A stretch of DNA of 64,000 bases. It comes from the human T2T-CHM13v2.0 reference genome, Homo sapiens. Below the pieces are notes generated by a model that saw only the letters and a list, made by a program, of their open reading frames with translations, was not told where the DNA came from and did no database searches. The stretch lies in the NCBI RefSeq assembly GCF_009914755.1, contig NC_060925.1; one strand, given 5' to 3'. Below, piece by piece: positions 26,264 to 39,797 of this stretch. Position 1 is the first letter of the stretch; each line of letters opens with the position of its first letter. Both the position numbers and the translations under genes were made by a program.

Positions 26264-27624
26264 GAGATTTTTGTATGTCTACCCTCCATGCCCCCCAAAT
26301 CATGCATAGTTTGGACAATTATAAATTACAGTCCAAAATTTGAAAAATATACTAAATGTGAAGTATTCATCTTTTATGCCTTTTCATGAGTATAGACATT
26401 TGGATACACTTAAAGATATCTAAATTCTTCTCCTGTACCGTCTAAGAGGAGGCCATTCTTACTAGTTGGCTCCTGTAGTAACTACCTGACCCTGACTCCT
26501 CTACTCCCCTCCCCTCCTCTTCCTATTTTATTTTGTTATTTCTCCATCCCTATGAGAGAGGCTATTATTATTATATATCTGAGGAGCTACAATATCATAA
26601 AGTTAGTAACTTACTGGAGGATAAAAGCAAATCCCAGAATCAATTCATTACAGTGACTGTGCTTCTTGGATTGTACTTGGCTTTCAGTACCTTCTAAAGC
26701 TATTTAAAGCAAAAAGTATCCCTTAAAGTCTTGATAAACTTGATTATTCTAATGAGGCCTACATTACCCCAAGCCTGGCCTTCAAAATATATGACAAAAT
26801 AAATACCCACTATTGAATCCAGTAATTTATTGGGTAAATTTTACCCAGTATCTTTTTATTTGACAATTAGGTCTTTCAGTGTTTTACTGTTCTCATGTAA
26901 TTATACGAATCTTTTAGCTTTATTATTAGCTTCCTAAGTTATTAGAGCCTATCTCAGAATTAAATCACAGTATGTAATCTTTATGAAAATCAGATTTGAC
27001 ATAGTATTTCCCATATTCTAAATCTTCAGTTTGAAAAAAATGTGTTTGTGCATACACACACACACACACATAAGTATATACATACATACTTTTTGAAATG
27101 CAACACACTTATAATTTGAGAGCTTTAAACATTTGAGTTTTTACAGTGTTTGAGAAATCTCTAGTCTGTTATTAGTGCTGGTTGTCCGATATAGACACTT
27201 TAAAGCTGTGAAAGCATTAGAGGCAGAAGAAGTGACATGGAGGTAGTTGAGCCAGGTGGACCAGTGTTAATCAGTCCAGCTTTGGAGTGTTTATGTAGAA
27301 ACATACATGTCTATGGCAGTCTATCCACATTTGAAAAAAAAAAACATAATTTCTTTCCAAATTCATTATAGCTCAGGCTGAATATATATTAGAGTAGTTA
27401 TGATTTACAAGAATCCTAAATGTGTACAGACTATTAAAATTATGCTGTAGATAAACTTCATACAGATACTTGAGACTAGTCTATTAGGAGGATCATCCCC
27501 AGGCAAAATCAAATAGGCCACATTTATGTTTATGTGTTCCCAGCGCCTTCAGACCCTTACAATCCTGTTTCATTTCCTGTGGCACATTAATAACTAAGTC
27601 TTTCCACACAGTCCCAACAGACCA

Positions 27625-27830
27625 TCATAACAGTTGCTAACTTTTGGAGCATTCACTTTATGCTAGGCATTCTGCATAGAGACTTATACAGATTATATAC
27701 ATTTAATTCTCACAGTTGTGCTAGTGGTAAGTACTATTATTAACCTAAGTTATAGCTGAAGAAACTCCAATAAAGATTAATCAACTTTCTCAAACTCACA
27801 ATTGACGTAATGGGATTCAAATCGAACTGA
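27625..27830 (-). mobile_element. MIR SINE
   Basis: catttaattctcacag...agctgaagaaact...gggattcaaatc. Confidence 0.6.
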
Positions 27831-28172
27831 AGTATGTTTGTATCATCACTCCTCCTCAGCTCCAGCTGGGTCCATCTTTGCCTCTATAACGTGAAGCTCT
27901 TATTTTTCTCTTAATATGGGGTAATAGTAGATTATTTCAGCAAACTAATCCTTGCTAATCTTTTTAACCTTTAATATGTTTTCCCCTTACTTAGCAGTAG
28001 CATCCCTCATTAAGAATTAAAATATGTAGAAAATGACAAGGATTCTGACAAGCTGATGGGAGAGAAGAATAGAGCAGATTGCAGTAGGAACAGATGTGTT
28101 AGAATTTATTAATCCTTTAACACTGAAAGTAAACTATTGTTGATTGCCTCATGGTGTGTTTCCATTATTCAG

Positions 28173-28250
28173 TGCCTTGCTACGTGGGAATCATTCCTTA
28201 CATCACAGACCAACCTTCACTTGGAAGAAGCCTCTGAAGATAAACCTTAA
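28173..28250 (+). CDS. SNX7: Sorting nexin 7, terminal coding exon
   Basis: ttattcag| acceptor, then CLATWESFLTSQTNLHLEEASEDKP*, recognised as the SNX7 C-terminus. Confidence 0.95.
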   Translation, partial: CLATWESFLTSQTNLHLEEASEDKP

Positions 28251-28625
28251 TCCCATTGAGGACTTCTGTTTGATCTTTGGGAGACAGCATTTATTAACCA
28301 AAGTTATTCTTTCTGGATCTGCCGTGTCCTTATAAAGTGGATGAAAAATGTTTTGTACCCATCTGGAAAACCAACAACTTGAAATCTCAGGTATTCCAGG
28401 TCACTGACATGAATTTGAAGATATATCTATCTGTATGGATATATATCTATATGTATATAGATATATAAATACAGAGAGATATCTGGCTTGGTTTTAATTA
28501 TGTTCTTAAATTTGTGTGCCAATAATTGCATATAGATTTTTTTTCTTAAATATTTGACTGTGGAACATGCCATTTTAAATATGTTGTAAGGACTGTTTTA
28601 ATAAAAAGTTTAGTATGAAGTGGTT
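28251..28625 (+). other. SNX7: SNX7 3' UTR (end approximate)
   Basis: Runs from the TAA stop to about 15-20 nt past AATAAA. Confidence 0.8.
28600..28605 (+). terminator. Polyadenylation signal AATAAA
   Basis: First AATAAA after the stop, with upstream TGTA (28585-28588) and downstream GU/U-rich sequence (gtggttgg...gtgtattcttttcc). Confidence 0.85.
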
Positions 28626-29429
28626 GGCTGCAGTGTATTCTTTTCCTCCTAGTAGCTCAAGCCTCTTAAACATTCTAAAATGAGTTCAGCATGTGTTAAC
28701 AAGTATACTGCGTATTCATTTTTATTTCATTATCATTTCCTCTGAAATACTATTCAGTTTAATATTAGGAACTCAAAGTAATATCTAAAAATTGACATTA
28801 TTAAAATTGATAACTGTTCAAAAATTAATTTGTTAAAAGTTAAGTAATTGTTTTCCACAATTAAAAAGTTTCCAAGATTTAAATTGTTATTTGAGTTATT
28901 AGTTAGAAATCCTTATATAATTATATTCCCACTAGTAGATATATTTGGGCTTTGTAAAATTTGTGCATATTCTTTACAATTCATACCTAGCTTTTATTTG
29001 TTAAGATATACAGTGTTTATCAAGTTTATTTTCCCATTCGTTTATTGTCTACTCCATGCAAGGCACAGTTGTAGGTGCTTATGTTCTGTAGTGATGAAAA
29101 AGATACTTTCAGAGCTTACATTCTAGTAATACTGATCATACAGATTTTTTCTATTAATTTTATAACCATATAAAAAAGCTAAATGTGTTGATTATTTAAT
29201 TTTTGCTGATTTTCAGAAATAGATATTTCTCAGGACTGAAATTTGAGGAGTTTGGTCATGCTTGCTGTCTTACACATATGACTTCATATTTTGGGTATTA
29301 TCAAGTGTCACAAAACTAGACATTTAAATTGTTTTAACTAAGACACGAGATTCACTTATACACACACAGCTATAAATATAAAATGAAACACTTTTCTTAA
29401 ATATTGGCAAATATAATTTTTAAACCATT

Positions 29430-29842
29430 TGTAATAAAAAAATCTTCCTCCATTTTTTGACCTTTGGCTGCTGACAGCTTATAAGTCCCACGCCTCTGTC
29501 TTCCTCTTCTGCCCCACATCTTCTGGGCAAGCTGCTTGGAGAGCCCAAGTGCTCCCTCCTTTGGCACTGACTGGAATAAAGTTCAAACTGTGCAAGCCCC
29601 TCCCGACAGATGGGAATCTACCTGCTAACCACCATAAAAACCTTAGCTGGTCTGCTTTTCCAAATGTCTCAAACCATTTTTGAATCAGTCCAAGAGGCCA
29701 GCCTTGCTCTCCCCAGAAAGCCTCATGATGTAAGCGATAAACCTTGTCATATCCTCTTGGTGTGTTTGTGGCATCATGAGTCTTGACATCCAAAACAAAT
29801 TTTAGGTGGGAGTCCTTCCTGTTTATCAAAATTGCCCCAACA
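29430..29842 (+). mobile_element. ERVL-class solo LTR (MER73-like)
   Basis: TG...CA ends and gctgctgacagc...ctgccccacatc...gggcaagctg...gtgctccctcctttggc. Confidence 0.6.
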
Positions 29843-30039
29843 GTATTGTTTTGCAAGCTCTTTAAGCCTTCTGAACTTCAGTTTCCCCATCTGGAGGTAA
29901 TGGAGATAATAATCTCTAACCCACAGGTTGTTAAATGATACAGTAAACTTAGAAAACCTGGCAGAGAAATGATAGTTAATCAGATCATTAAATGATTCAA
30001 TGGGATAAATGAAATGTGCTTTGTTTTTAAGTGCAATAC

Positions 30040-31500
30040 CTTTTCCCCCACTCTTTAGTGCACTGTATGCCTTTCCTCATCCCTCTCCTCCTTTTCCATC
30101 CACGTGACTGCTATCCCAAATACATACCATGCATAGCCGCACAGGTAACCCATGTTAACTAGCATGTACCCTTACACTTTTCCATCTCATAATATACTGT
30201 ACATACTTATACACACATAGCTTTTATCTTTGATCTAAAAATGACATCATACTATACATGCTATTTTGCTTCTTTCCTCAACAATATCTTCTGGAAAGCC
30301 TTCAAAGTCAAAAATAGCTCTACTCTTTACATGACTGCACAGTATATATGACTGCACAGTATATCATGCAGTAAATGAATCTACAGCAATTTATGCAGCC
30401 ATTTTCTTGTTTATAATTATTTACTTCGCTTTCACTTTTTCATCACTGCAAAAAGAATCCCCATCCCTTTTAACTGTCACTGTCTTAGTCCTCAACCCCC
30501 ATCTCCCAAGGCCTAAGGAATCTTCTTTCTGTCTCTATAGATTTGCCTATTCTGGATATTTCATATTAATATAATCATATGTGATCTTTTGTGACTGGCT
30601 TCCTTCACTTAGGTTCATCAATGTTGTAGTATTTGTCAATACTTCGTTATTTTTATGGCTGAAAATGCTCCATTATGTGGTTATACCACATTTTGTTCAT
30701 CTATTATGTTTATCCTTTCACTGATGGACATTTAGGTTGTTTCCAACTTTGGCTATTATGAATAATGCTGCTATGAATATTGATATACAGGATTTTGGGG
30801 GGACATATGTTTTCACTTTTCTCTGGCCTATACCTGAAAGTGGGATTGCTGGGTTATATTATAACTCTGTTTAGCCATTTGAGGAGCTGCCAGATTGTTT
30901 TCCAAAGTGGCTGCACCATTTTACATTCCCTCCAGCAGTGGATAAAGGTCCTAATTTCTCCACATCCTCACCAATACTTGTTACTATCTGATTTTTTTAT
31001 TATAACCGCCCTAGTGGGTATGAAGTGGCATCTCATTGTTTTTTATTTGAATTTCCCTGATGCATCTTTTCATGTGCTTAATGGCCATTTATATACATAT
31101 TTTTGGACAAGTGTCTATTCACATATTTTTCCCACTTTTAAATTCAGGTTTTGTGTGCTTTTATTATTGAGTTGTAAGAGTTCTTTATGTATTTAATGTA
31201 CAAATCTCTCGAATTATGAATTTCATTTTCTTGATTATGCCATTTAAAGCACAGAAGTTTTTCATTTTGATGAAGTCCAAAGTATCTATTTTTTCTTATG
31301 TTGCTCATGCTTTTGGTATCATATTCATTGCCAAGTATGAGGTTATGAAGATTAATTCCTGTTTTCTTCTGAGAGTTTTAGGGCTTTAGTCCATTTTGAT
31401 TTAAAGTTTGTATATGGTGCGAAGAAAAAGCCCAATTTTATTCTTTTGCATGTAGGTATCCAGTTGTCCCTGCATTACTTGTTAAGAGACCATGCTTTGT
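30040..31500 (-). mobile_element. Old L1 3' ends (L1ME-like 30040-30450; L1MB-like 30450-31500)
   Basis: ctgtctctatagatttgcctattctggatatttcatat...ccaaagtggctgcaccattttacattccc. The ORF at 30780-31196 is antisense to L1 ORF2. Confidence 0.8.
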
Positions 31501-31729
31501 TTCAGGATTCTTATTATTGCACTTGACAAAAGAACAAATCAAACTACTTTAAAAAAAAAAAAATATATATATATATGTGGAATTGACTAGTTTACATAAT
31601 CAAAAAGAAAAGGATATATTTGGGCATGACTGGTCCTAAACAGATATCTTTTTCTTTCTGTCTATTCCCTACTTCTCTTGAATGGTTGGCCTCACTTTCT
31701 TCTATTGCTGCCTTTACGTGAAGCTAATT

Positions 31730-31921
31730 CTGTGGTTCTCAGCTGGCGCAATGTGATCCCCAAGTGACAATTAGCAGAGCCTAGAGCTATTTTTTGTTGT
31801 CACACTTGGGGAGGAGGGTGCTACTGGTATCTAGTGGATAGAGGTAAGAATGCACAGTAGAGCTTCCAACTACAAATAAATTTTTAACCCCAAATGTCAT
31901 TGCTGAGGCTGAGAAATCCTG
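31730..31921. mobile_element. MER20 (hAT-Charlie), within an old MLT1-like remnant (~31570-32300)
   Basis: ctgtggttctcagc...gtgctactggtatctagtggatagagg...gctgaggctgagaaatcctg. Confidence 0.8.
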
Positions 31922-33724
31922 GGCTAGATTAATGTCTGCTAGTAGCTCCTGGCTCTCCAGTGCCCAGCTTTGCTACTAGGAGGGAGAGAGCTATTCCCTT
32001 CCACCTTCAATTCAGTTAAAACTCTTGAGAGAAGAACTGGCTTGGGATACAGGCAAACCCCTTCTTATCCCCACCCCCAGGTCTGAGGTCAGTCTTTGTG
32101 GCTAGGAGCCAGTGTGCTATTATTATCATAGCCAAGGTCGGTTCCTACTTTTTTACACAAATTACAGTAGGCAGAAAAGTTATGACCAAAGGGAGATGGC
32201 AGTTTTCATTCAACCACCTTATGTGTTCACCATCTAAAGGAAGGGGCTGCTTTATCCAGAAGAAAGAAAAGTACTGGGGAAGATAGAGTAATACATGTCC
32301 ACACGATAATTTTAAATGAACATACATTTTTATCTATCTAAAATTATATTAGTTCTATATATTTATATAATTAACACTTCTTACGCCTAAAATTCTTCAA
32401 CAAGCAAGGACTCATGTAAAAATAGCTCTTCGAAGAATATCTATTCAAGATTACAAGTGTGAATAAACCATTAGTCCAGCACATATAATTACGTAGGAAG
32501 TCAATCATAATTGTGTTAGCTAAAAAATAGCACAAGACTGTGAAATTAGAGTTGTTAGTGCATTCATCTGTATTAAAAAATCAACCTTTACGTTAGAATT
32601 CATTGAATAAGGAGTTCAATATGTAAGAAATATTCTTATGTGGAAATACTGAATTAAGATTCCATTGAAACACATGAGTTGTTAGAACTAGAATTAAATT
32701 CTGAACATACTGTAAAAAAAAAAAAGTCATTTTAGCATTTAAAATTCTGAGTTTGTGAGTTAACTATTCTAGGCCCCAATTTCCCATCTGTGGAAAAGGG
32801 GAATTAATCTGCCAGATCTACATTGCTGGAAAGTGTAAGAATAAATTAGAAACAGCTGACTTTGACTACTTACTTTGAATTAAAAAAGTTAAGTTCTGCC
32901 TCAGCTTCCCCTTGTTACCTATTAAATCTTTGAAACTCCGAATCCCTTCATAGGTGAATCCTGAGATAAAGCAAACAATAGTCATATTTACCAAGGCATG
33001 TCATAGTAAGATATGTTCAGAATGTCATGCATATGTGTCAATAGAAATAGATATAGATACATATTTAAGCTCATATTTATATACATGATATACATGTGTT
33101 ATGTGGCGTGTTTGTATACATGTGTGGTGTGTGAATGTATATAGTGATCAGTGGAAAGACGGGAATAAAAATCAATGGAGCAGGAAGCCAACTGCATGCC
33201 TGCTGTTACTTATCTCCCAGTCTTCATGTGTTACAGTTCACCTAGGTTTGATTATGTATTTATGTGCCTGTTCATAAGGTTATTGTGCAGTGAGATCCCT
33301 TAAAATGGGACAGCTATTTAAATGTGTTTGCCATCACTTTTGCTTGTGTAATTCTTTAAGGCTATAATTACATACGTTCAATTTGTACTTCTGCAATTCC
33401 TGTTTATATTTCTCTTAATGTAAATCGTGAAGATTGAAGAGATTGTTTGTGCTTTTTATCTTAAAACATGACAGGGTAATCTTTTGGTAAGATCAGAAGA
33501 ACAATGCTTTCCCATTTTAAGGGGAATCATCCCACAACATGCAATTTAATAACTAATCAGAGCTGGTTAAATGAAGTGTTTGATAATTAGGCATCAGAAA
33601 TTTTCTTTTCCTACTTGAAGCATTATGATTACTGATTTTAAGATTAAATTAGTGTTGCTTTTAAGTGGTTTATTTGAACAATCTGAGATTCTAAATTCTT
33701 TTGAAGGTCCTTGCATTAAAATAT

Positions 33725-34720
33725 TATCCATGCATCCACTTATTCAGTAATTCACTAATTCCACAAATACTCCACTACTAATAGGTGCCAGACACCATCC
33801 TCTGTATTGCTGTAAATAATTATGATAAGTAAACATACCCTACTCTCATAAAGCTAAAAGTCTAATGAGACAGACATCATACAATAAATAATAAATAAAT
33901 CTCGATTAATGCATGTATTATTTCCTAGGGATGCCTTATAAAAGTATCAAGAACTGGGTGGCTTACAACAATAGACACTTGTCTCACAGTTCTCAAGGCT
34001 AGAAGTGGGAAATCAATGTGTCTGCAGGACTGTGCTCTCCCTGATGGTTCTAGGGGTGAATCCTTCTTTGCCACTTCTAGCTTCTGGTGTTTGCGAGCAA
34101 TCCTCAGCATTCCTCGGCTTGTAGAGGCATCACTCCAATCGCACGGACATCTTCTCCCTGTGTGTCCTCACATTGTCTTCCCTCTGTGTCCCTGTGTCCA
34201 AATTTCCCTTTGGCACAAGGACACATGTCTTACTGGATTAGGGCCCACCTTAATGACATCATTTTAATTTGATTGCCTCTATAAAGACCCCATAGTGAAA
34301 TAAGGTCACATTCTGAGGTATTGAGGGTTAGGACTTCAACGTATGTTTTTTTGGAAAGGAGACACAATTCAACCCATAACAATGCATAATTGCATATTGT
34401 GTGAAGTGCTGTGATGTAAGAGAGGTAATAATATGGAGCATCTATTTTAAATTGAGTAGACAGTGAAGCACGACTTAAGACCGAGAAAATAAGAACAAAC
34501 CAGGCAAAGGGGAGTAGATTGTGGCTGAGTGAAACAATGCATGCAAGGGCCCAGAGATGGGAAAAAGCTTAATGCATAGGAGGAAGTGAAAGAAAACCAG
34601 GGTGTCTGGGCTGTAGTGAGCAAGAAAGAAGAAGTTCCAAGATGAGTTGTTGAAACTTACCGGAATTTGTTGTTGTTGGTTTATTTTTTTGTTTTTTTTT
34701 TAGGAATTGTGAGTGATTAC
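33725..34720 (-). mobile_element. L2 fragment (split by MLT1B)
   Basis: Antisense L2 tail (ataggtgccagacaccatcct), continuing after 34386. Confidence 0.6.
33914..34381 (-). mobile_element. MLT1B solo LTR
   Basis: tgtatta...gacacaattcaacccataaca, with perfect TSD ATGCA (33909-33913, 34382-34386). Confidence 0.88.
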
Positions 34721-35824
34721 CAGAACTTGGTTGGGGATAGCGTGAACTTCTAAGGGACTCAATCAATATGGTTTTTATTACCTCCTTTATAGTGAGTGAC
34801 AAAGGTGGGGATATTGGAGAACATACGAAGCTAGGAACAGCGGAAGAATTAGGAAACCTAAAGCATAAATAAGAACATCAGTAGAACTAATAGAAATTCA
34901 AGATACCAGGCTTCAAATTGTCATAAGTAGTGTTCATATTCAGGGAGGTTTGTACTAGTACAGCCATACTTGTTATTTAACTATTTGATGCTATCCAGAG
35001 ACATATGCCAGTAGGAAAAACAAATCATTTAAATACTTTGATAATAATTGCTAAATAGCTGCTGGCATAGGCCTCCAATCACCCCACTGACTCGTGTTCT
35101 AGAACTGTCCCCAGACAGATTGTCCCCAAGTTTCAGAAATGAAAATGTCTCATGAGACAGTAGGGGCCTAGGAGACCCCTGCATTAGCTCTTTATTCGGA
35201 TTAGTTCTTTAGATTAGTTCACCCATGATACACTGGATATATCATAATAAGAACTTTCAAACGTGATATTCAGACATAAATATATAGAAAGGCATTTTTC
35301 TCTATATATAGATATGTCTCTATGTCCATATACATGTGCATGTGTGCAAAAATATATATGCAAATATGTTTGCACACTTGCATGTATTAGTGAAAATTAG
35401 CAGAATAAGCTTAAAAGTTAATTATTTTATATGTCTGTCTTTATATGCCCATAGTCTCTGAAATCTTAACGATCCACGGAGACGCAAAAGCGTTAACTGA
35501 CAGGGTAGTTGTAGGGGCTAGAGACAGAAATGTAGCTGGGTAAACAAAGAAGCAGAAAATCCAATAAACGACCAGGTAGACTTTGATTCAGGCTGGTATT
35601 CACTTCCAAATTGGTCCCTTTCCACAGAGAAAATATAAGAAGTGGGAGGCTGAGGCAGAGGCAAAGCCCAATGTCCAGATAAACAACTGCATCCCCATTC
35701 CAGGAAAGCAGCTGAGACATAAAGGACAGGATCCACTGCACATGGGAGGGAGCTGGGGCAAGGTGGATTCCAGGCAGGTTCCAATGTAAGTGGAGGCATG
35801 GAAGGCTAACACTCTCAAATAAGT

Positions 35825-36290
35825 GGGATGCATTTGGCCGTGATAGGGAACTGACTCTAGCAGGTTTAAATGGAGAGAAAATGTATCCTCATTTAACTAG
35901 GAAGTCACTGAGTAGAGTGGGCTTTAAGATCAGCTTGATCTGATTGCTCCACCCCTGTTTCTCTGCAGTTCCCTGGTCTGTGAGCATGTTGCTTATTGGC
36001 TTCCTTTCCTTACAGTATGAAAGTGACTTGGTGGCTTTTAATTTTGTATCCATATACATGGTATAGAAAGGAAGCAGGAAGTTATCTTTTCCAATGGTTA
36101 CTTTTTTAAGAATAGGAAAACTCTTTTCCAGAATACCCAACATTCTCCTTGTGTCTCATTTCTCCAAATTGAAATTTATGCCTATCCTGAACAAATCCCT
36201 GTGACTATTTTGTCACACAGTTGACCTAGGCCTGAGTTTCTAAGCTAATTCCAAACTAGGGGAATGAGATTACTTTTACTCTATTTAACC
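35825..36290 (-). mobile_element. Old MaLR LTR (MLT1J-like)
   Basis: taagaataggaaaactcttttccagaa...ccttgtgtctcatt...atgcctatcctgaacaaatccctg. Confidence 0.5.
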
Positions 36291-36404
36291 TACTCCTGGA
36301 TGTATTACCAGTTTTTAAAATTACTGTTTAGCAAAGGATCTTTTGCTTAGATTCTCTCTCAATTTTGTTGAAAGTAAATAATCAGAAAAGGATTTGATGC
36401 CCTG

Positions 36405-36875
36405 GTATTAGAGTGTCTCAGACTGGGAGGCAGACTCCAAGACAAAATTAGAAATGTCAAAGATTGATAGAAACTATGGGTATAAGAGATAAAGAAGACA
36501 GGGCCAGAGAAAGGCTTCAGACTGCCATGCAAGTCAGGATCTATGAGGGGAGAGGTGAAAGGAGAAGAAAGTTGGTTCAGAGGGCCTCAGAATACAGCAC
36601 AATTCTCAAAAAGTCTTAGGCCAAAGAGATTCCCAGAGCAAAACTTTTCTGTTATGGATCCTGGCCTGGCAGAAGTGACCCCCAGCTCTGGTACCTCTGC
36701 CAGGCTGTCACTGGCTGAGAGCAGTCTGGGGGAAAGTAGGATGTTTGCATGGAAATCGCAGTGGATCTGAAGATGTGGCAGTCGGGGGCTGCCTGCTAAC
36801 TACACTTCTCATGACAGGGTCTCTCCTGGAAGAAGAGCTAAGCTACAGACTTAGCTGCTGTCTAAGTGACTGTCA
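36405..36875 (-). mobile_element. LTR16-family (ERVL) LTR
   Basis: ggaggcagactccaagac...cttcagactgccatgcaag...cagagcaaaa...gtcactggctgagagcag. Confidence 0.55.
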
Positions 36876-39797
36876 CACAGAGTTTTTCTTCTCTTTTTAG
36901 TTTCTGGAAAATAGCACAGATTTTACCAAAACTTATTGAATGACAATGACTCATCTTTTACTCTTTCACTTTAGAGGCACCTTGTTTAATAGAAAAGGTT
37001 AGGGAAATTTAAATATTGCTAATTTTAATAAACCTTTGCTATGACAACAATTTTTGATAAAGTGCTTTATTCTTACGTATTGTAAGTTTTTTTGTCAAAA
37101 CTTTGGAGTTACAGACTTAGCTCATGAAATTTATAGAAAATGTCAGCCATATAACCTAATTGATCAAACCAGCCCTCATTGTGAAGTCAGTCATTATATT
37201 TCAGTTTAAATAAACATACAAATTCATATTTTCATGAGAATCATCTCCCTTCTGAATTTTAAGATCATTACATGGACAGATAGGTGATAGCTGGGAGGAT
37301 GGGTGCACAGATAGGTAAATAGATAGTTCACCCTTGCTACTAGCTTGTCATTTGCATAAAATAAAGCATCACAACTTTCCACATTTCTTAACAGACTTAT
37401 TGCTTTGCTCTCATGAGACACAGTCACTGGAGCAAAGCATTCTTTGATGATCTTCCAGAGGCAGATGAGATTGAGGTCACTAAATGAAAATGAAATAAAC
37501 CCTACCTCACCCAAAATTATTCTGAACATTGCAACATTGACAAGAATGCAGCATTTGTAATTACACAGCACAAACACACACCCCATATATATATATGAGA
37601 AACATTTTAATTTTCTCTTTGTTTAGCGACTAGTGGATTTGCACTCTTAGGCAATTAGCCATAGTAAAATTCCAGATGTGTAAGAGCTATGCCTCTCTTT
37701 TTTAAAGTGAGAGAGCATCTACTGTAAAACGGAAAGAAAGAAAATTAGGTATGACTTCTAGAAAGGAGGAATATTCTCAAGCGGACAGTTTTAGAAAAGA
37801 ATAGATTTAGGAATTTAGTATCTAGAAACTGATAACCAAAAACACTACCCATACCAGAGTACTTTCTGGAAATTTTCTTCTGTAGCCCCAGGCTAGTTTG
37901 AAGACTACTGGTCTGAATGACCTTCCATACTTTTCACCTCCTCTAAAGTCCAATCACGTAGACTGACTTAGCATTCTCCAAACACAGTTGCACTTTCATT
38001 TTTCTGTAATTGTGCTCATGTTTTTCCTTGTATTGATGAGTTCTTCCTTCCTGCCTTTCAAACTCCTACTCATTTAAGACCCACCTTAATATCATCCAGT
38101 CGTTGATGAATTTTCCTATTATCTCCAAGAATCACTCTTCCCTGCATCCTCCTGTGGCACTTTATAGCTACGTTTATTTATTGTAACATGTGCCACTGTT
38201 CTTGAAGTCTACCTGCTTAGATCATTCTGGGAAAAATACAGTCACAGGAATAATAATTTTTCTCTAATTCTCTGTGTCATATTCTCAGCTGCAAACTGTA
38301 CTAGTTCTATGCCATTAGAGAAAAATATGAAAATGTTCAGTGCATAACAAACTGAAGAGCTATATTTGAACCAAAGGCTGAGATGGTAATTTAGAATTTA
38401 TTGCTGTAGTCCCCATTAGAGATTACTGTGATCTTAACCAAACTTGCGGTAATAGATATTTGAAAAGAGTGTCTAAAACATTAGAGGAAAAAAATCGGAA
38501 TTTTTTATTTTGAAAGCTAAGGAAGGACAGAGTTTCAGGATACATAAAAACATAAAGTGAATTGCTCCAAAGAGAACTTATAGGAAATGGACCTACTGAA
38601 CTAAGCAATTAGGAATTACATGCTAACTATAATGAATAGTTTTGTTTATAATTCAGTGGCCAGATTTCACCACAAATTCAATGGCCAGTCACATAGCACA
38701 CCTACCTTTAAGGGATACTGGATAATTTAGTATTTATTTTTACACACAGCTTCCACAGAATAAAATTAGAGCTCCATTACTAGGGTAAAATGGAAGTCTA
38801 GGTATAGGGTGGATAACCAGCAGTATCTGTAATACATCACAACCTCCAGTGGACAGTACAGAAATCCCATTTCTCACTGCTGTCAGTCTGCTGCAGTGAA
38901 TTGCCGACCTGAAGACTGAGTCTTAGGAAATGTCTGCAAGCCTGATCCCAAACTTCATGATTGCCCAGAGCTCCTCTCAAAGGTCTTATAGATTCTTTCC
39001 CCACTATTTCTTCTGAATCACCATTGCAGTCTCATAATTTTACTTTTGAATATTCTTTAATATAAAATATAAACACTCCTTAGAATAGCATCACAGTAAC
39101 TTACCTTTTTCCCTTCCTTTCTCCATTCCTCTTTCCCCTTTATTCATTTCTTATAATCATTCTTTCTCTTGGTATTTCATGCTCCTGTATATTTCTGTCA
39201 TAATGTAACACATCCCCCTTTAAAGGAATTCAGATTCTAATATTTCAAGAGAGAGAGAATTGTGCTAAAATCAATACTTTCCTGGAGAGAAAACCCTTTA
39301 ATTTAATTATCATATTACAAAAACATAAAAAACTCAAAGTGGCTTGATGTCATAATTTGTATCCTTTAATGAAGGCTTAAATACAACCAAAGAACTATAA
39401 CATCTGCTTCTAAACTTTAAATTTTAAGATTCAAAATACGTAATAGCTGCATTTTTTTTCCTTCTAGAAGGACTTATGCAAATTCTAACAGACAAGATTA
39501 CTTCGTGTTTCTTTAGAAATATGTGATAGAAATCAAAAATTTCGTTTATGAGATTATTGTTTTTTTTTCTTTAAGGCAAGGATGCTATAAATACTGGAAG
39601 ATATTTTGGTGAGTAATTCACTTTTAGAGAAAAACATCATCAAATTCTGTTACAGCAAGTGAAGGTTATAACCTTTTCCATATAAGAAACATAAGATGTT
39701 ATACTGTCATGATGTGGAATTCTAAATTCTGGATGGGACCATGGAGACAAGCTAACTTAGCAAATCAGTTCCTGAATTCACAAATAAATTGTGAATC

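Noticed and set aside
28144-28335. 63-aa ORF over the terminal exon
   Set aside because: Wrong frame; the SNX7 frame starts at 28173 after the acceptor.
29479-29856. 125-aa minus-strand ORF
   Set aside because: Lies within an LTR and has a non-ATG start.
35500-35820. Purine-rich segment with several overlapping short ORFs
   Set aside because: Possibly an old LTR, but I could not assign a family or any coding signal.
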